DNA from: Anaeramoeba ignava BMAN
Lineage: Eukaryota; Protista; Anaeramoebae
Assembly (NCBI GenBank): GCA_028826165.1
Contig: JAPDFW010000096.1
Coordinates: 182,681 to 246,680, forward strand
Length of the DNA: 64,000 nucleotides
Reading direction: 5' to 3'
The notes under the pieces are model-generated. The model was not told the origin of the DNA. It did not search any database and saw nothing but the letters and a program-made list of their open reading frames with translations. Each line of letters opens with the position of its first letter. Within the stretch, counting starts at the first letter, position 1. Made by a program: the position numbers and the translations under genes. Below, in pieces: positions 11,193 to 24,392 of this stretch.

Positions 11193-14100
11193 ATGAAAAC
11201 AACAGTAAAATTTCAAATTATTGCATCTAATACACTTTTTGGTCAAAGTATTTGTATTACTGGAACAGATCCTTTAGGAAACTGGGATATTAATAAAGCG
11301 ATTGAACTTAAAACAAATCCAACTAAGTATTTTTATTTATTTTTTTAATTAAAATTTTATTTTAAAAACAAAAAAACAACAACACAATTCAAGATCAATT
11401 AAAATTTTTTAATTAAATTTTTTTTTACAAATGGATTTTTTAATTCAAAAGTTCAATTTGATCAAAAAAATTTAACCACAAATAAACATTGAAAATTAAT
11501 ATTAAAATTAAAATTAAAATTAAAATCAAAATTAAAATTAAAATTCATTTATAAAATTAAAATTAAAATTAAAATTAAAATTAAAATTCATTTATAAAAT
11601 AAAAATTAAAATTAAAATCAAAATTAAAATTAAAATTTAAAATTAAAATTAAAATTAAAATTAAAATTAAAATTAAAATTAAAATTAAAATTTAATATTG
11701 AAATCAAAATTAAAATTAAAATTAAAATTAAAATTAAAATTAAAATTCATTTATAAAATAAAAATTAAAAATTTAAATTTAAATTAAAATTAAAATTAAA
11801 ATTAAAATTAAAATTAAAATCAAAATTAAAATTAAAATTCATTTATAAAATTAAAATTAAAATTAAAATTAAAATTAAAATTCATTTATAAAAATTAAAA
11901 TTAAAATTAAAAATTAAAATTAAAATTTAAAATTAATAAGATTTCCTCTTTGGGAAATAGAATGTGAATGTGAAACAAACAAAGAAATCCAATACAAATA
12001 CATTATACGAAATGGAAAAAAATTAATCAAATGGGAATCATTAAAAGAAAATCGAAAATTAATACCAACAGGAGAAAATATGGAAAAAAACGATGGAGAA
12101 TTTGGGAAACAAAAAGAAACAATACAAACAGATTCTGAAACAAAAATCGATTCAGGTTGGCTTATTCAAGATTCATTGATTTGGATCCGATTACAAAAAA
12201 AAAACGGTTATGGATTTACTAATGGATTTTTTTTATATGAAAATGGAGAAAAAATAAACGGATTTTCTGATTCGGAAATTCAAGTCCAAATTACATCCAA
12301 ATCTGATACAGATGAAATAATACCTTGGGCAGCTTATAACATCTCAGGAGTTCATTTCTTTAGTCTTGAACAAGAATCAACAAAGAAAATTAGTTGTCAA
12401 TTCGAATTTTTAAAAAATAAAAAAACAATTGGGAAAGTGGATATTCTTCCCGAACAATTTGAAAAAAACAAGGAAGGCGAAATCACAGAGCCGATAATTG
12501 GAGATGAAAACAGGATAATTGGTCTGGTTTCTTTCTGTTACACAATCGTGACTCCTGTCGATTTATCTGAGAATAACATTGCGGATTTATTCCGCGAAAC
12601 ATGGAGTCCAAAAAAACAGCAAACATATATAGGCCATCGAGGATATGGATCTCGCAGTTCTCGCTCGCCTATTCAAGAGAACACATTACTCGCATTTCAA
12701 ACAGCTGCTAAAAAAGGGGCTAAATATGTTGAATTTGATGTTCAATTAACTCGTGATAAAAAAGTTGTTTTGTCACATGATTTTTTTGTTCCAGTCAAAA
12801 TTAAAGGTCTAGATGAGCAAATGAAGTTTCTTGTATGTCATCTTACTAAGAGTCAATTCACCTCGTTGAGATGTGCGGAATCCCTTAAGTATCATGCTCA
12901 GGATAAGAAGAATAAATCAATTAGAGATGTTTTTTCTCATAAAGAGATTATTCAAAGTGAAGATGAAAAACAACTTTTGGAATGGGATCGGTTGAATTTG
13001 AATGGTGATTCCCAGATTGATTTATCCACTATAAGCAAAAGTTATGATAGAAATTTGAATGAAATTCAAAATCAAATTCAAATTCAAATCCAAAACCAAA
13101 ATCAAAATCAAAATCAATATCAAAATCAAAATCAATATCAAAATCAAAATCAAAATCAATATCAAAATCAAAATCAAAATCAAAATCAAAATCAAAGTTT
13201 GAATTTAAAATCAAAATCAAAATTAAAATCAATATCAAAATCAAAATTAAAATCAATATCAAAATCAAAATCAATATAAATATCAATATCAAATTCAATA
13301 TCAATATCAAAATCAATATCAATATAAAATTCAATATCAATATCAATATCAATATCAAATTCAATATCAAATTCAATATCAAATTCAATATCAATATCAA
13401 AATCAATATAAAATTCAATATCAATATCAAATTCAAAATCAAATTCAAAATTAAAATCAATATAAAATTCAATATCAATATCAAATTCAATATCAATATC
13501 AAATTCAATATCAATATCAAATTCAATATCAATATCAATATCAATATCAATATCAAATTCAATATCAATATCAATATCAAATTCAATATCAAATTCAATA
13601 TTAAAATCAAAATAAAATTAAAATTAAAATTAAAATTAAAATTAAAATTAAAATTAAAATTAAAATTAAAATTAAAATTAAATATTAAAATTAAAATTAA
13701 AATTAAATATAAAATTAAATATAAAAAAATCAAAATTAAATATAAAATTCAAAATCAAAATCAAAATCAAATTCAAAATCAAAATCAAATTATAAAATAT
13801 AAATTAGATGGAATGAAAAATGGAAAATTAAGTAAAAAAAACTCAAATGGATTTTCAAGAATATCAAGTAGTCCTTCACTTGTTTCTTTAGAAAAAGAAA
13901 GTATTCAAGACGAAAATGCAAAATTAATGAATAACATTCCATCTTTATGTGATAAATTTGTTACACTTTCAGAAGTTTTTGAACAAGTTCCTATTGAATT
14001 AGGTTTTAATATTGAAGTTAAATATCCATTTTTTGGAGATGATATTGGAAACCTTAATATAAATTTTCACGATAGAAATACAATTGTTGATTCAATTCTT

Positions 14101-14649
14101 AAAGTTGTTTTTGAAAAAACCTCTTCAAATTCTTTAAGAAAATATCAAAATAATGGAAATAATGGAAATAATGGAAATAATGATAATAATTCACAAAAAT
14201 TTCCTCGACAACGTGGAATTTTATTTTCTTCTTTTGATCCTTTAATCTGTTTAATGCTTTCATTAAAACAACCAAGATATCCAGTATTTTTTTTAACACA
14301 TTCTGGAACAAAAACAAATGGAGATATTTTAGCAGATAAAATTCAGTAATTATTAATTTTTAAATTTTTAAATTTTAATTTTTAATTTTAAATTTTTAAT
14401 TTTTAATTTTTAATTTTTAGATCTGCAATTGAATTTGTAAAAGCTTTAAGATTAAGGGGAATTGTTGCTGAAGCAAGTGGTATTTTAAATGATTTGGATA
14501 TCGTTGAGAGAATTCATCAAGCAAATTTAGTCTTGTTTACTTATGGAGTTCAAAATAATGATCCAGAAAATGTTACAAAACAAGTAAAAGCAGGTGTTGA
14601 TGGAATTATTGGAGATCGTGTTTCTCTTCAAATTCACACTCATATTTAG
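11193..14649 (+). CDS. GPCPD1: CBM20 + glycerophosphodiester phosphodiesterase (GPCPD1/GDE5-like); exons 11193-11326, 11941-13196, 13808-14345, 14421-14649
   Basis: CBM20 motifs (ITG..PLGNW, FPLW, QYKY, KWE..NR); GDPD motifs IGHRGYG, ENTL, VEFDVQLTRD, FNIEVKYP, FSSFDP, TYG..NND, GVDGIIGD; splice phases are consistent. Confidence 0.88.
11500..11935. repeat. (AAAATT)n intronic microsatellite
   Basis: Hexamer array interrupted by ttcatttata. Confidence 0.9.
13060..13800. repeat. (CAAAAT/CAATAT/AAAATT)n array spanning the exon 2/intron 2 boundary of the GDPD gene
   Basis: NQ-coding hexamers continue past the GT donor at 13197. Confidence 0.85.
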
Positions 14650-14995
14650 ATTTCAATTTAAATTTAAATTTTTTTATAAAGCAAACTTTTTCTTTCTCTT
14701 TTCTTTTCTTTTCTTTCTTCTTCTTTTCTTTCTTTTTCTTTTCTTTTTCTTTTCTTTTTCTTTTTCTTTTCTTTTTCTTTTCTTTTCTTCTTTTCTTTTT
14801 CTTTTCTTTTCTTTTCTTTTCTTGTTATTTTAAAAAAAAAAAATTTTTTTTACTTTTTGGGATTTTTTTTTATTAATTCAAAATTAATTAATTTAAAAAA
14901 AAAAATAGAAATAGAAGAATAGAAAAATAAAATTGAATAAAAAATTAATTTTGAAATTGATTTTTCTTTTTTGATTTTGATTTGTTTTTGATTTG

Positions 14996-17900
14996 TTATT
15001 TAATTGATGATTCTGATGGTTGAGAAACTGAAGAGAAAACTTTATGAGATTTTTTACTTGATAATTCTGATGGTTGAGAAACTGAAGAAAAAACTTTATG
15101 AGATTTTTTACGAGGTTCTTTAATCAAAGAATCAGCATATAATTGTTCAGGAGATTTAGCAGGAAGAGGTTGACGAAACAAATTACAAATCTGTTCAACG
15201 GTTTGAAATTTAAAAGTGGATTTTTGGAATTTTTGGATTTCCAAAACAATATTATAAAGAGCTTTTCGTTTAGCAAAATGAATCAAACCATTAATATTAT
15301 TAGGTTTTCCATCAGAAATAAAGGTGATATCAGTTAAATATAGTCCCAAATAAGGGATGCAAGGAGGGTCAGTTTTTTTGATAGTATTTTTATATTGTTT
15401 ATAACTATCGATGCTGCTTGTAAGCTTTTCCATTGTTTCAAAAACTTTCCAATAATTAACAGGAACCTCTGCTTTAGTCAAAGCGAGACGCTTTACAGCA
15501 GGCAAAGTAAGAGCGGCAACAAGTGCCATCAAGCAGTTAAAATTTCTAAATTGAAGTAAATAAGCACCAATTTTGATGAACCGAATCATCTCTTTTGCAC
15601 GATGTTTCGGTTTTGCTGGCTCCATAACAGTCGATGCAATATAGAAGCAAAGTTCGTTGAATTTCTGGGTTGCTAATTTCACATTGGGTGCTAAGTGATG
15701 AAGCTTTGGTTTGGACCAAGCTTGAGTGACAAGCTCGATGGGTTGGATATTTTTGAAAATGGAAAATGTATAAAGTGTTAATTGTCTTGCAAATTCCTCT
15801 TCATTAATGTCCGAGAGCTTGAGATCTCTCGAGAAAATATTCTTGGGAACAATGGGTTTTGTTGCTTCTTTGTCTGAAATATTTTGCTCTTCTTCTTGTT
15901 CATTTATTCCATGTGTTTGTTTTCTTTTGATTTCTTGTTCAATTGTTTTTGCCACTTTGGGATGATCTCGGCTAATGTGATTTGTGATGAATGATTGCAA
16001 TTGTGATATCAATTTCGCATCGAAATCAAGGAAGTAATTTCTGACCCAAAGTAATAAAACTGAGCAAACTCTTTGTTGTATTGTTGCTTTTTTTGTGAGC
16101 CATTCTTTTGGATTTGATTCAATTATATTTGTTGGTATAGTATATCTTTGAATTAGTTTGAATAAAAGCATAACTGGTGTTGTAAAAGTTCTGTATGTCA
16201 TTAAAAAGGCTTCAATATAATTTGGGTCTTAATTTTAATTTTAATTTTAATTTTAATTTTAATTTTAATTTTAATTTTAATTTTGAATTAAATTTTAGTT
16301 TTAATTTTAATTTTAATTTAAATTTTAATTTTAATTTTAATTTTGAATTAAATTTTAATTTTAAATTTTAATTTTAATTTTAATTTTAATTTTAATTTTA
16401 ATTTTAATTTTGAATTAAATTTTAGTTTTAAATTTATAAATGAATTTTACCAATTTCATTCTCAAATGTTAATCTTTCTATTAATTTATTAATATTTGCT
16501 CCAATAACAACATTCAAAAAATTTCTTGAATAATCTCCTAATTTTTGAGAAAGTTCTTCATCGATCATTAAATTTTCTGGATTATCAGAAGGTTCATTCC
16601 AAATAGAAAAATCATTTGCAACTAAAATAATAAAATAAAATTTTAATTTTAAATTTTAATTTAAATTTTAATATTAATTTAAATTACTAATTGATTCAAA
16701 AATAAAATTATCTCCTTCTTGTTTATATCTTGTTCCTTCATCAATTCTTTTATCCCAAAGACGCTCTATATTAATAATCCCTAATCTTAAAAGATAAATT
16801 AATTGAGATTCAGCAGATTCAGATTCTTTTTGAACTAAAAAAATCAATAGAAATAAAATTTATATTTTAAATAAACTTTTTTTTTGGATTTTCTTATTGA
16901 ATAAATCACCATCAATTCCTGTTTGTTCAGTTAATAATTGTGCAATATCAGATCTACTTGAATGTAAATAATGTTGAATTATTAATTTATCTATAATTTC
17001 TTTTGTAAAAATTTCTGGTGATTCTTCAGTTTCACTATAAATATAACGACTAAAAGAAATTTTTCCAAAAATATTTCTTAATTTTTCTCTAATAAAAAGA
17101 ATTTGAGGATATTTTTGAAAAATTTTTGCAACCCAAAGTGCTCTATTTGTTTGTTCTTGAGGTGGCAAACCTAATCAATTTTTCAATTAAATTTTTTCAA
17201 TTTAAATTTTTTCAATTTAAATTTTTTCAATTTAAATTTTTTCAATTTAAATTTACTTTCATTGAATTGAATTGGTTTTTCTTTTCCTTCATTAAGTTCA
17301 ATTACATTATTGATTTGTTTCAATTTTTTTTTCAATTCAGTTAATTTAGTTACAAATTGTGATTCATCTTGTTTTTCTTCAAAAGTATCAAAATAACAAA
17401 GTAATTTTCTTCTTGATCTTCCCAAATGTTGAATTCTATTTTCTAATTTAATATTTCTTTGTTTAAATAATTCTAATTTTTGTTTTTTTGCAAATTTTTA
17501 AAAATAAGAAAGAAAGAAATAAATTTTCTTCTTTTTTTTTTCCTTATAAAATTTAAAATTTAAAATTAGATTTAACAACCATTTTCTTTTAAAAGACTTC
17601 CATAATGAGTTCCTAATTCTTGTCTTAATTTTTCATTTTCTTTTTCAAGTTCTATTCTTCTATTATGAAAAATTTCCAATTTTTTTTGGAAACTTAATAA
17701 TTGATTATTCATTTCTTGCTCTGTTTTTTCTTTATAAATATTTAATTTTTCATCCAAATTTTTTTGTAATTTCTGTTTTTCGAAAATTTTTCAAATAAAT
17801 TTAATTTGAAAAAATTTAAATAAATTTAATTTGAAAAAATTTAAATAAATTTAATTTGAAAAAAATATAAAATACAGAAAATTGAAATTTTAAAGATTCA

Positions 17901-20607
17901 ACTTGACTTCTCTTTCTAATTAATTCTTCTTTAATTTTAGGAACATCTTTTTGTAAATTTTCCATTTCATCTTCATTAACAATTGAATCTTGATTTACTT
18001 GAGCTTGAGAATTAATAAATTCTTTATATTTTTGAATTTTATCATTTAAAAGATCATTTTGATAAGATAAATGTTCAAGAAGTGAAGTATGAATATGTAA
18101 AGCGTCTCTCAATCTTGAATCGGAAATTGCTGTTTAAATATTTTAAAAATTTTCAATGAAAAAAAAAGCAATAAATTTTTTTTAATTTGTTTTTTTTTCA
18201 CAAACTTAGAAAATTTGAATGTGTCATATCTGTAATATCTTCATTTAATGGTTGTAATTGAGATTTTCTAACAAACATTCCATGTTTTGGTTTACAAGAA
18301 AAATAAGGAATTGATTCAACCGAACCATCACATTTTCCAGCTTTTTTATAAATAATTTTATAAATAATTTTATAAATAATTTAATAAATAATTTTATTAA
18401 TAATTTTATATATAATTTTATAAATAATTTTATATTTAATTTTATAAATAATTTTATAATTAATTTAATAAATAATTTTATAAATAATTTAATAATAATT
18501 TTATATTTAATTTTATATTTAATTTTATATTTAATTTTATAAATAATTTTATAAATAATTTTATATTTAATTTTATATTTAATTTTATATTTAATTTTAT
18601 AAATAATTTAATAAATAATTTTATAAATAATTTTATAAATAATTTTATAAATAATTTTATAAATAATTTTATAAATAATTTTATAAATAATTTTATATAT
18701 AATTTTATAAATAATTTTATAAATAATTTTATAAATAATTTTATAAATAATTTTATAAATAATTTAATAAATAATTTTATATTTAATTTTTTATATTTAA
18801 TTTAATAATTAATTTAATAATTAATTTTATAAATAATTTTATAATTAATTTTATATTTAATTTTATATTTAATTTTATATTTAGTTTTATATTTATTTTT
18901 ATAATTAATTTTATAAATAATTTTATAAATAATTTAATAATAATTTTATATATAATTTTATAAATAATTTAATAAATAATTTTATAATTAATTTTATAAA
19001 TAATTTTATAAATAATTTTATAATTAATTTTATTAAATAATTTTATAAATAATTTTATAAATATTTTTATAATTAATTTTATAATTAATTTTATAAATAA
19101 TTTTATATTTAATTTTATAATTAATTTTATAAATAATTTTATATTTAATTTTATATTTAATTTTATATTTAATTTTATAATTAATTTTATAAATAATTTT
19201 ATAAATAATTTAATAAATAATTTTATAAATATTTTTATAAATAATTTTATAATTAATTTAATAATTAATTTTATAAATAATTTTATAAATAATTTTATAA
19301 ATAATTTTATAATTAATTTTATAAATAATTTTATAAATAATTTTATAAATAATTTTATAAATAATTTAATAAATAATTTAATAAATAATTTTATAAATAT
19401 TTTTATAAATAATTTTATAAATATTTTTATAAATAATTTTATAATGAATTTTTATATATAATTTTATAAATAATTTTATAAATAATTTTATAAATAATTT
19501 TATAAATAATTTTATAAATAATTTTATAAATAATTTTATAAATAATTTTATAAATAATTTTATAAATAATTTTATAAATAATTTTATAAATAATTTTGTA
19601 AATAATTTTATATTTAATTTTATAAAATAATTTTATAAATAATTTTATAAATAATTTTATATTTAATTTTATAAATAATTTTATAATTAATTTTATAATT
19701 AATTTTATAAATAATTTTATATTTAATTTTATAATTAATTTTTATAAATAATTTTATAAATAATTTTTATAAATAATTTTATAAATAATTTTATAAATAA
19801 TTTTATAAATAATTTTATATTTAATTTTATAATTAATTTTATATTTAATTTTATAAATAATTTATTAAATAATTTTATAAATAATTTTATAAATAATTTT
19901 TATAATTAATTTTATAAATAATTTTATAAATAATTTAATAAATAATTTTTATATTTAATTTTATAAATATTTTTATAAATAATTTTATAAATAATTTTAT
20001 AAATAATTTTATATATAATTTTATAAATAATTTTATAATTAATTTTATAAATAATTTAATAAATAATTTTATAAATAATTTTATATTTAATTTTATAAAA
20101 TAATTTAATAAATAATTTTATAAATAATTTTATAAATAATTTTATAAATAATTTTATAAATAATTTTATAAATAATTTTATAAATAATTTAATATTTAAT
20201 TTTATAAATAATTTAATATTTAATTTTATAAATAATTTTATATATAATTTTATAAATAATTTTATAAATAATTTTATAAATAATTTTATAATTAATTTTA
20301 TAAATAATTTTATAATTAATTTTATAAATAATTTTATAAATAATTTAATATTAATTTAATAAATAATTTTATATTTAATTTTATAAATAATTTTATAAAT
20401 AATTTTATAAATAATTTTATAAATAATTTTATAAATAATTTTATAAATAATTTTATAATGAATTTAATAATAATTTTAATTACTTGGAGTCATTAATTCT
20501 ATTCCAACCCAAGTTCCTGGTGCGAATTGAGTTTCTCCAATATATCTAACAGTACAATAAAAATCTTCAAATTTGCATTTTTCTCCAATACGAATATCAA
20601 AAGACAT
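14996..20607 (-). CDS. RasGEF with N-terminal CAP-Gly, coiled coil, LisH-like motif, REM and CDC25 domains; exons 20607-20484, 18340-18206, 18129-17876, 17772-17580, 17472-17257, 17170-16910, 16834-16688, 16621-16451, 16227-14996
   Basis: All 8 GT-AG joins are in frame. CAP-Gly VRYIGET.FAPGTWVGIEL..PTGKCDGSV...YFSC.PKHGMFV; LisH-like IIDKLIIQHYL...RSDIAQLL; REM FLMTYRTF; CDC25 ARQLT, NFN, PCIPYLGLYLTD. Confidence 0.9.
18347..20475. repeat. 12-bp satellite (TTTTATAAATAA)n filling the 2143-nt intron 18341-20483, which splits the CAP-Gly domain
   Basis: Continuous 12-mer array with minor variants. Confidence 0.95.
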
Positions 20608-20944
20608 TTTAAAAAAGAAAAAAATGAAAAAAAAATTAAGAAAAAAAAAATTGAGAAAATAAATTAAAAAAAATAAAAGCAAAAAAATAAAGTAGAGAAT
20701 GGTGTTTTGTCATTTATTTTCTATTTAAAAAAACAAAACAAACAAACAATCCAAAAAATGGAAAATAAAAAAAAAATAAAAGAAAAAATAAAAAATGGAA
20801 AATAAAAATTATCAAAATTATAAATAAAAATAATGACATTACAACTAAATTAGATACAATTAAAATGATGACGTGTGAATCTAATTAAATTTTTTTTAAT
20901 TTTTTCATTTTTCATTTTTTTCATTTTTTTTTTTACAAATAAAA

Positions 20945-21879
20945 ATGTCAGATGGACTTGATTTATATGATCAATTAGATTATCAAGAAGATAATCAAGA
21001 ACAAAACACACAAACACAACCAGAAAACGAGATACAAGAAGATAAGCAAGAAAATCAATTTAATGAAAACCAAGAAAATCAATTTAATGAAAACCAAGAA
21101 AATCAATTTAATGAAAACCAAGAAAATCAATTTAATGATAACCAAGAAAATCAACTTAAAGAAAATGAAAAAGTCAATGATAATCAAAATGTTAAAGTCA
21201 ATGATGATGAAAATGTTGATGTTAACGGAAATGAAGATGAAAATGAAGATGAAAATGAAAATGAAGATGAAGATGAAGATATTGAAAAAATGAAACAAGA
21301 TTATAAAAAGCAAAAAAAAAAACTCAAGAAAGAAACAAAAATCAATAAGAATCTAATGAAACTTCGACACAAATCAGATAAATCAATTAAAAAAATGAAT
21401 AAAGAAATGGAGAAATTACAAAAAAAAGGAGAAAAAAAAGATTCACAAAAAAAATTCCAAAAATTCAAAAAGAAAATGGATCAAAAAATGTTGAAATTGA
21501 ATAAAAAGATTTTAAAACAAGAACCAGATGTTAAATCAGTTGAAAGACCTGAATTTGCAAATCATTTAGTACAAATTAGAACCAAATTAAAAGAACCAGA
21601 AGAAAAGTATCGAAAAATTCAAGAAGAAAGAGAACAAAAAAGATTAGAAAAGAAAATGAAAATGAAAATGAAAATGAAAATGAAAATGAAAATGAAAAAG
21701 AAAATGAAATGAATGAAGAAAAAAAAGAAAATGAAAATGAAAATGAAATGAATGAAGAAAAAAAAGAAAATGAAAATGAAAACGAAATGAATGAAGAAAA
21801 AAAAGAAAATGAAAATCAAAATGAAAATCAAAATGAAAATCAAATGAATCAAGAAGATAATCAATTGAATGATAATTAA
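20945..21879 (+). CDS. Acidic/lysine-rich low-complexity coiled-coil protein of unknown function; probable 1-nt frameshift near 21650
   Basis: The ORF track gives 20945-21712 ending in KMKMKM. The shifted frame continues ENENE...NQEDNQLNDN* to a TAA at 21879, matching the composition of the N-terminus. Confidence 0.6.
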
Positions 21880-22211
21880 GAAGAAAATCATAAATTAATC
21901 ATTTAAACAATTAGCTAATTCAGATATTGGAAAATTTTCCATTTTTTACTTTACTTTACTTTACTTTTTTTTTTGAATCCAAATTAAAATCAATCAATTT
22001 CAAATGTTTTTTTTGTTTTTTTTGTTTTTTGTTTTTTGTTTTTTTGTTTTCCAATTTGATCAAAATCACTTTTTTTCTTCAAATTTTTTATTTTTAGATT
22101 CAAAAAAAAAGAGAAAGAAAATTTGATTATTTCTTTTTTTCTGGAACTTTTTTTTTTTAGAAGGAATTTTTTGTTAGAAATTTTTTTATAAATTGAATTT
22201 TATAATTTTTT

Positions 22212-22679
22212 TCAAAGCTTCTTTTTAATAGATTCATCAGTAGCAAGATCACCAGCAGTTTTTCCATGTTTATTGCGTAAAGTTTTATCAGCACCATGAG
22301 AAAGTAAATAATCAACAACTTTTGCATGATTATTAGTAGCTGCTTTATGAAGAGGAGTTTCTTGGTCTCGATCAATTGCATTTACATCAGCTTGTGCTTC
22401 AATTAGTAATTCAACAACAGATAATTCCCCAGTAAAACAAGCTCTGTGAAGAGATGTCTGTTCAGATGGCGTTCGGAAATCTACTTCTGCTTTGTAACTT
22501 AGAAGCAATTTTACAACCTCAACTTCCCCACTTCGTGCTGCATAATGAAGTGCAGAATAATTTGCTTCATCAACTCGATTCACATTTCCTGGGTTTCTTA
22601 CTAGAAATTTTCGCACGGCTTCAAGATCTCCAATTCGTGCAGATTCAAATAAACCAAGATCCAAACCAGAAAGATCCAT
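22212..22679 (-). CDS. Small ankyrin-repeat protein (about 4 repeats)
   Basis: SALHYAA, TSLHRAC and TPLHKAA ankyrin motifs. Confidence 0.92.
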   Translation of the reverse strand: MDLSGLDLGLFESARIGDLEAVRKFLVRNPGNVNRVDEANYSALHYAARSGEVEVVKLLLSYKAEVDFRTPSEQTSLHRACFTGELSVVELLIEAQADVNAIDRDQETPLHKAATNNHAKVVDYLLSHGADKTLRNKHGKTAGDLATDESIKKKL

Positions 22680-22751
22680 TATTATAAAAGTAAAAAAAAT
22701 GAAAAAATGAAAAAAAAATGAAAAAATTTAATTTCATTTTTTTTTTTCTAA

Positions 22752-24392
22752 ATGCAAGATTCTTTAACAGATAAATCATTATCCCCTTTTCTCCAATTTA
22801 TTAAAAATGAATCTTATAAAGAATTGGGATTTCTTCTTATTTATAGCCCAACAATTCTTATTCCTTCTGAATATTCACTTAAATCAATTAAATTAACTAT
22901 TCCTTTTATTGAAACACATATAATTTTCGTCAACAAACAGAAAAACGAACAATTTGTAACAGCAAATGGTGCTCTTGGAATAATTTCTAAGAAATATCAC
23001 AAAAGATTTTTTGAAGTTTTGAAATCTCCACCAAAAATTATAGAAAAAAAAAATTACCAACTCATTCAAAATAGAAAATATAGGGAATTTTTTGAAATTA
23101 ACCAAGCGGCTTTCAAGAAAAAGCCCAAGGAAATTATTGCAAAATGCTACTACATGAAAAAAACCACGTTTCAATTTAACCCAAAACTTCCAGAATCAAC
23201 AATTATCTTTGTTTCTCAACCACTTGTATTTTCCAAGTGCTTTTGGGGACAAGTTGTTTATGAGAATTTCCTCACAAAAATGTATCAATTCCACGTACAA
23301 TATCTAAGCCAATCACAGAAAATATCAAAGAAAAGAATTTTATCTGAAGAGGAGTTTGAAAAATATATTGAAAATAACAAAACATCCCAAATAAGCCATG
23401 AAATATTGCATTTCATCATAGGATTTCCTTCAAAGAAATCAACTCAGAAAACTTACACTTCTTTAATAGAAGGTTTTTTGCAAAATTTTACTGAGAAGTT
23501 CTCTTCATTTCCATTTCTATCCTCATTAAGTACTGAAAATTTACCAAATGAAAATATATCAAACACTGAAACAGAAGCACCGAAGAAAAGCATAAATACT
23601 GAAGAATTATATCATGTATCAAAGCAATTTATCATGAAAAGACTCCACGAAAAGCTTTTCAATGTTAATTTGGAAGAGAATTCCAATTTGGATTCTCGCA
23701 CACACTTAAATTTTTCTCGCTTGCAATTTCTTTCATTAAAAAACTTTCGAGTTCAACTTGAGCAGAATGAGTATGAAAAAATATCTAGTGCGCAAGAAAA
23801 ACTCAGCGAAATCAATCAAAAATTGACGCCCAATGATAAACTTGATTGCATTGTTGAAACATGCAAAAATCTGATGAAAATGACAGACAATTCATTTCTC
23901 ATCCAAAATCGCAGACATTTTTCAACTCTTTTATCTTATGTGATTCTGAAAACAAATCCCGAAAAACTGTATTCAAACATTCGCTTTATTCAAAACTTCG
24001 AAGATCCGCAAGCACTAGAGATATCTGGAAAGGGATATTTCCTTTCCTTATTTCTACAATGTGTTACTTTCCTTGAAAAAACTGCCAAACATTTCTCTTC
24101 CCATTTTGATCTCCATGAATCAAATGATCTTCGTGATGAATCCACTGTTTCAGAAGAATGTCTTCATCGATTTACTCTTCTTTCTCAACATCTTGAAAAT
24201 GCAAAAAAAATTTTATTATCTCGAAATAATGAACTTATTAATCGATCTATTTTTGATATACCTATTATTCTTGCACAACGTTCTTCTTTAGATGAAATAA
24301 CTATGAAAGAAGTGCCTTTGCTATTAAAAGAATATCAAAGTGTTGTTAAACTTTTATCATTTCTTCATGAAAGATTAGAATTTCAAGATTAA
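22752..24392 (+). CDS. VPS9-domain Rab5/Rab21-family GEF with VARP-like N-terminus
   Basis: AQEKLSEIN...PNDKLDCI, LLSYVILKTNPEKLYSNIRFI, GYFLS..LQCVTFL match the VPS9 fold. Confidence 0.8.
   Translation: MQDSLTDKSLSPFLQFIKNESYKELGFLLIYSPTILIPSEYSLKSIKLTIPFIETHIIFVNKQKNEQFVTANGALGIISKKYHKRFFEVLKSPPKIIEKKNYQLIQNRKYREFFEINQAAFKKKPKEIIAKCYYMKKTTFQFNPKLPESTIIFVSQPLVFSKCFWGQVVYENFLTKMYQFHVQYLSQSQKISKKRILSEEEFEKYIENNKTSQISHEILHFIIGFPSKKSTQKTYTSLIEGFLQNFTEKFSSFPFLSSLSTENLPNENISNTETEAPKKSINTEELYHVSKQFIMKRLHEKLFNVNLEENSNLDSRTHLNFSRLQFLSLKNFRVQLEQNEYEKISSAQEKLSEINQKLTPNDKLDCIVETCKNLMKMTDNSFLIQNRRHFSTLLSYVILKTNPEKLYSNIRFIQNFEDPQALEISGKGYFLSLFLQCVTFLEKTAKHFSSHFDLHESNDLRDESTVSEECLHRFTLLSQHLENAKKILLSRNNELINRSIFDIPIILAQRSSLDEITMKEVPLLLKEYQSVVKLLSFLHERLEFQD

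Noticed and set aside
8710-20483. Near-equal lengths of two satellite introns (2140 and 2143 nt)
   Set aside because: The repeat units differ and other satellite introns range from about 220 to 2633 nt, so this is probably coincidence
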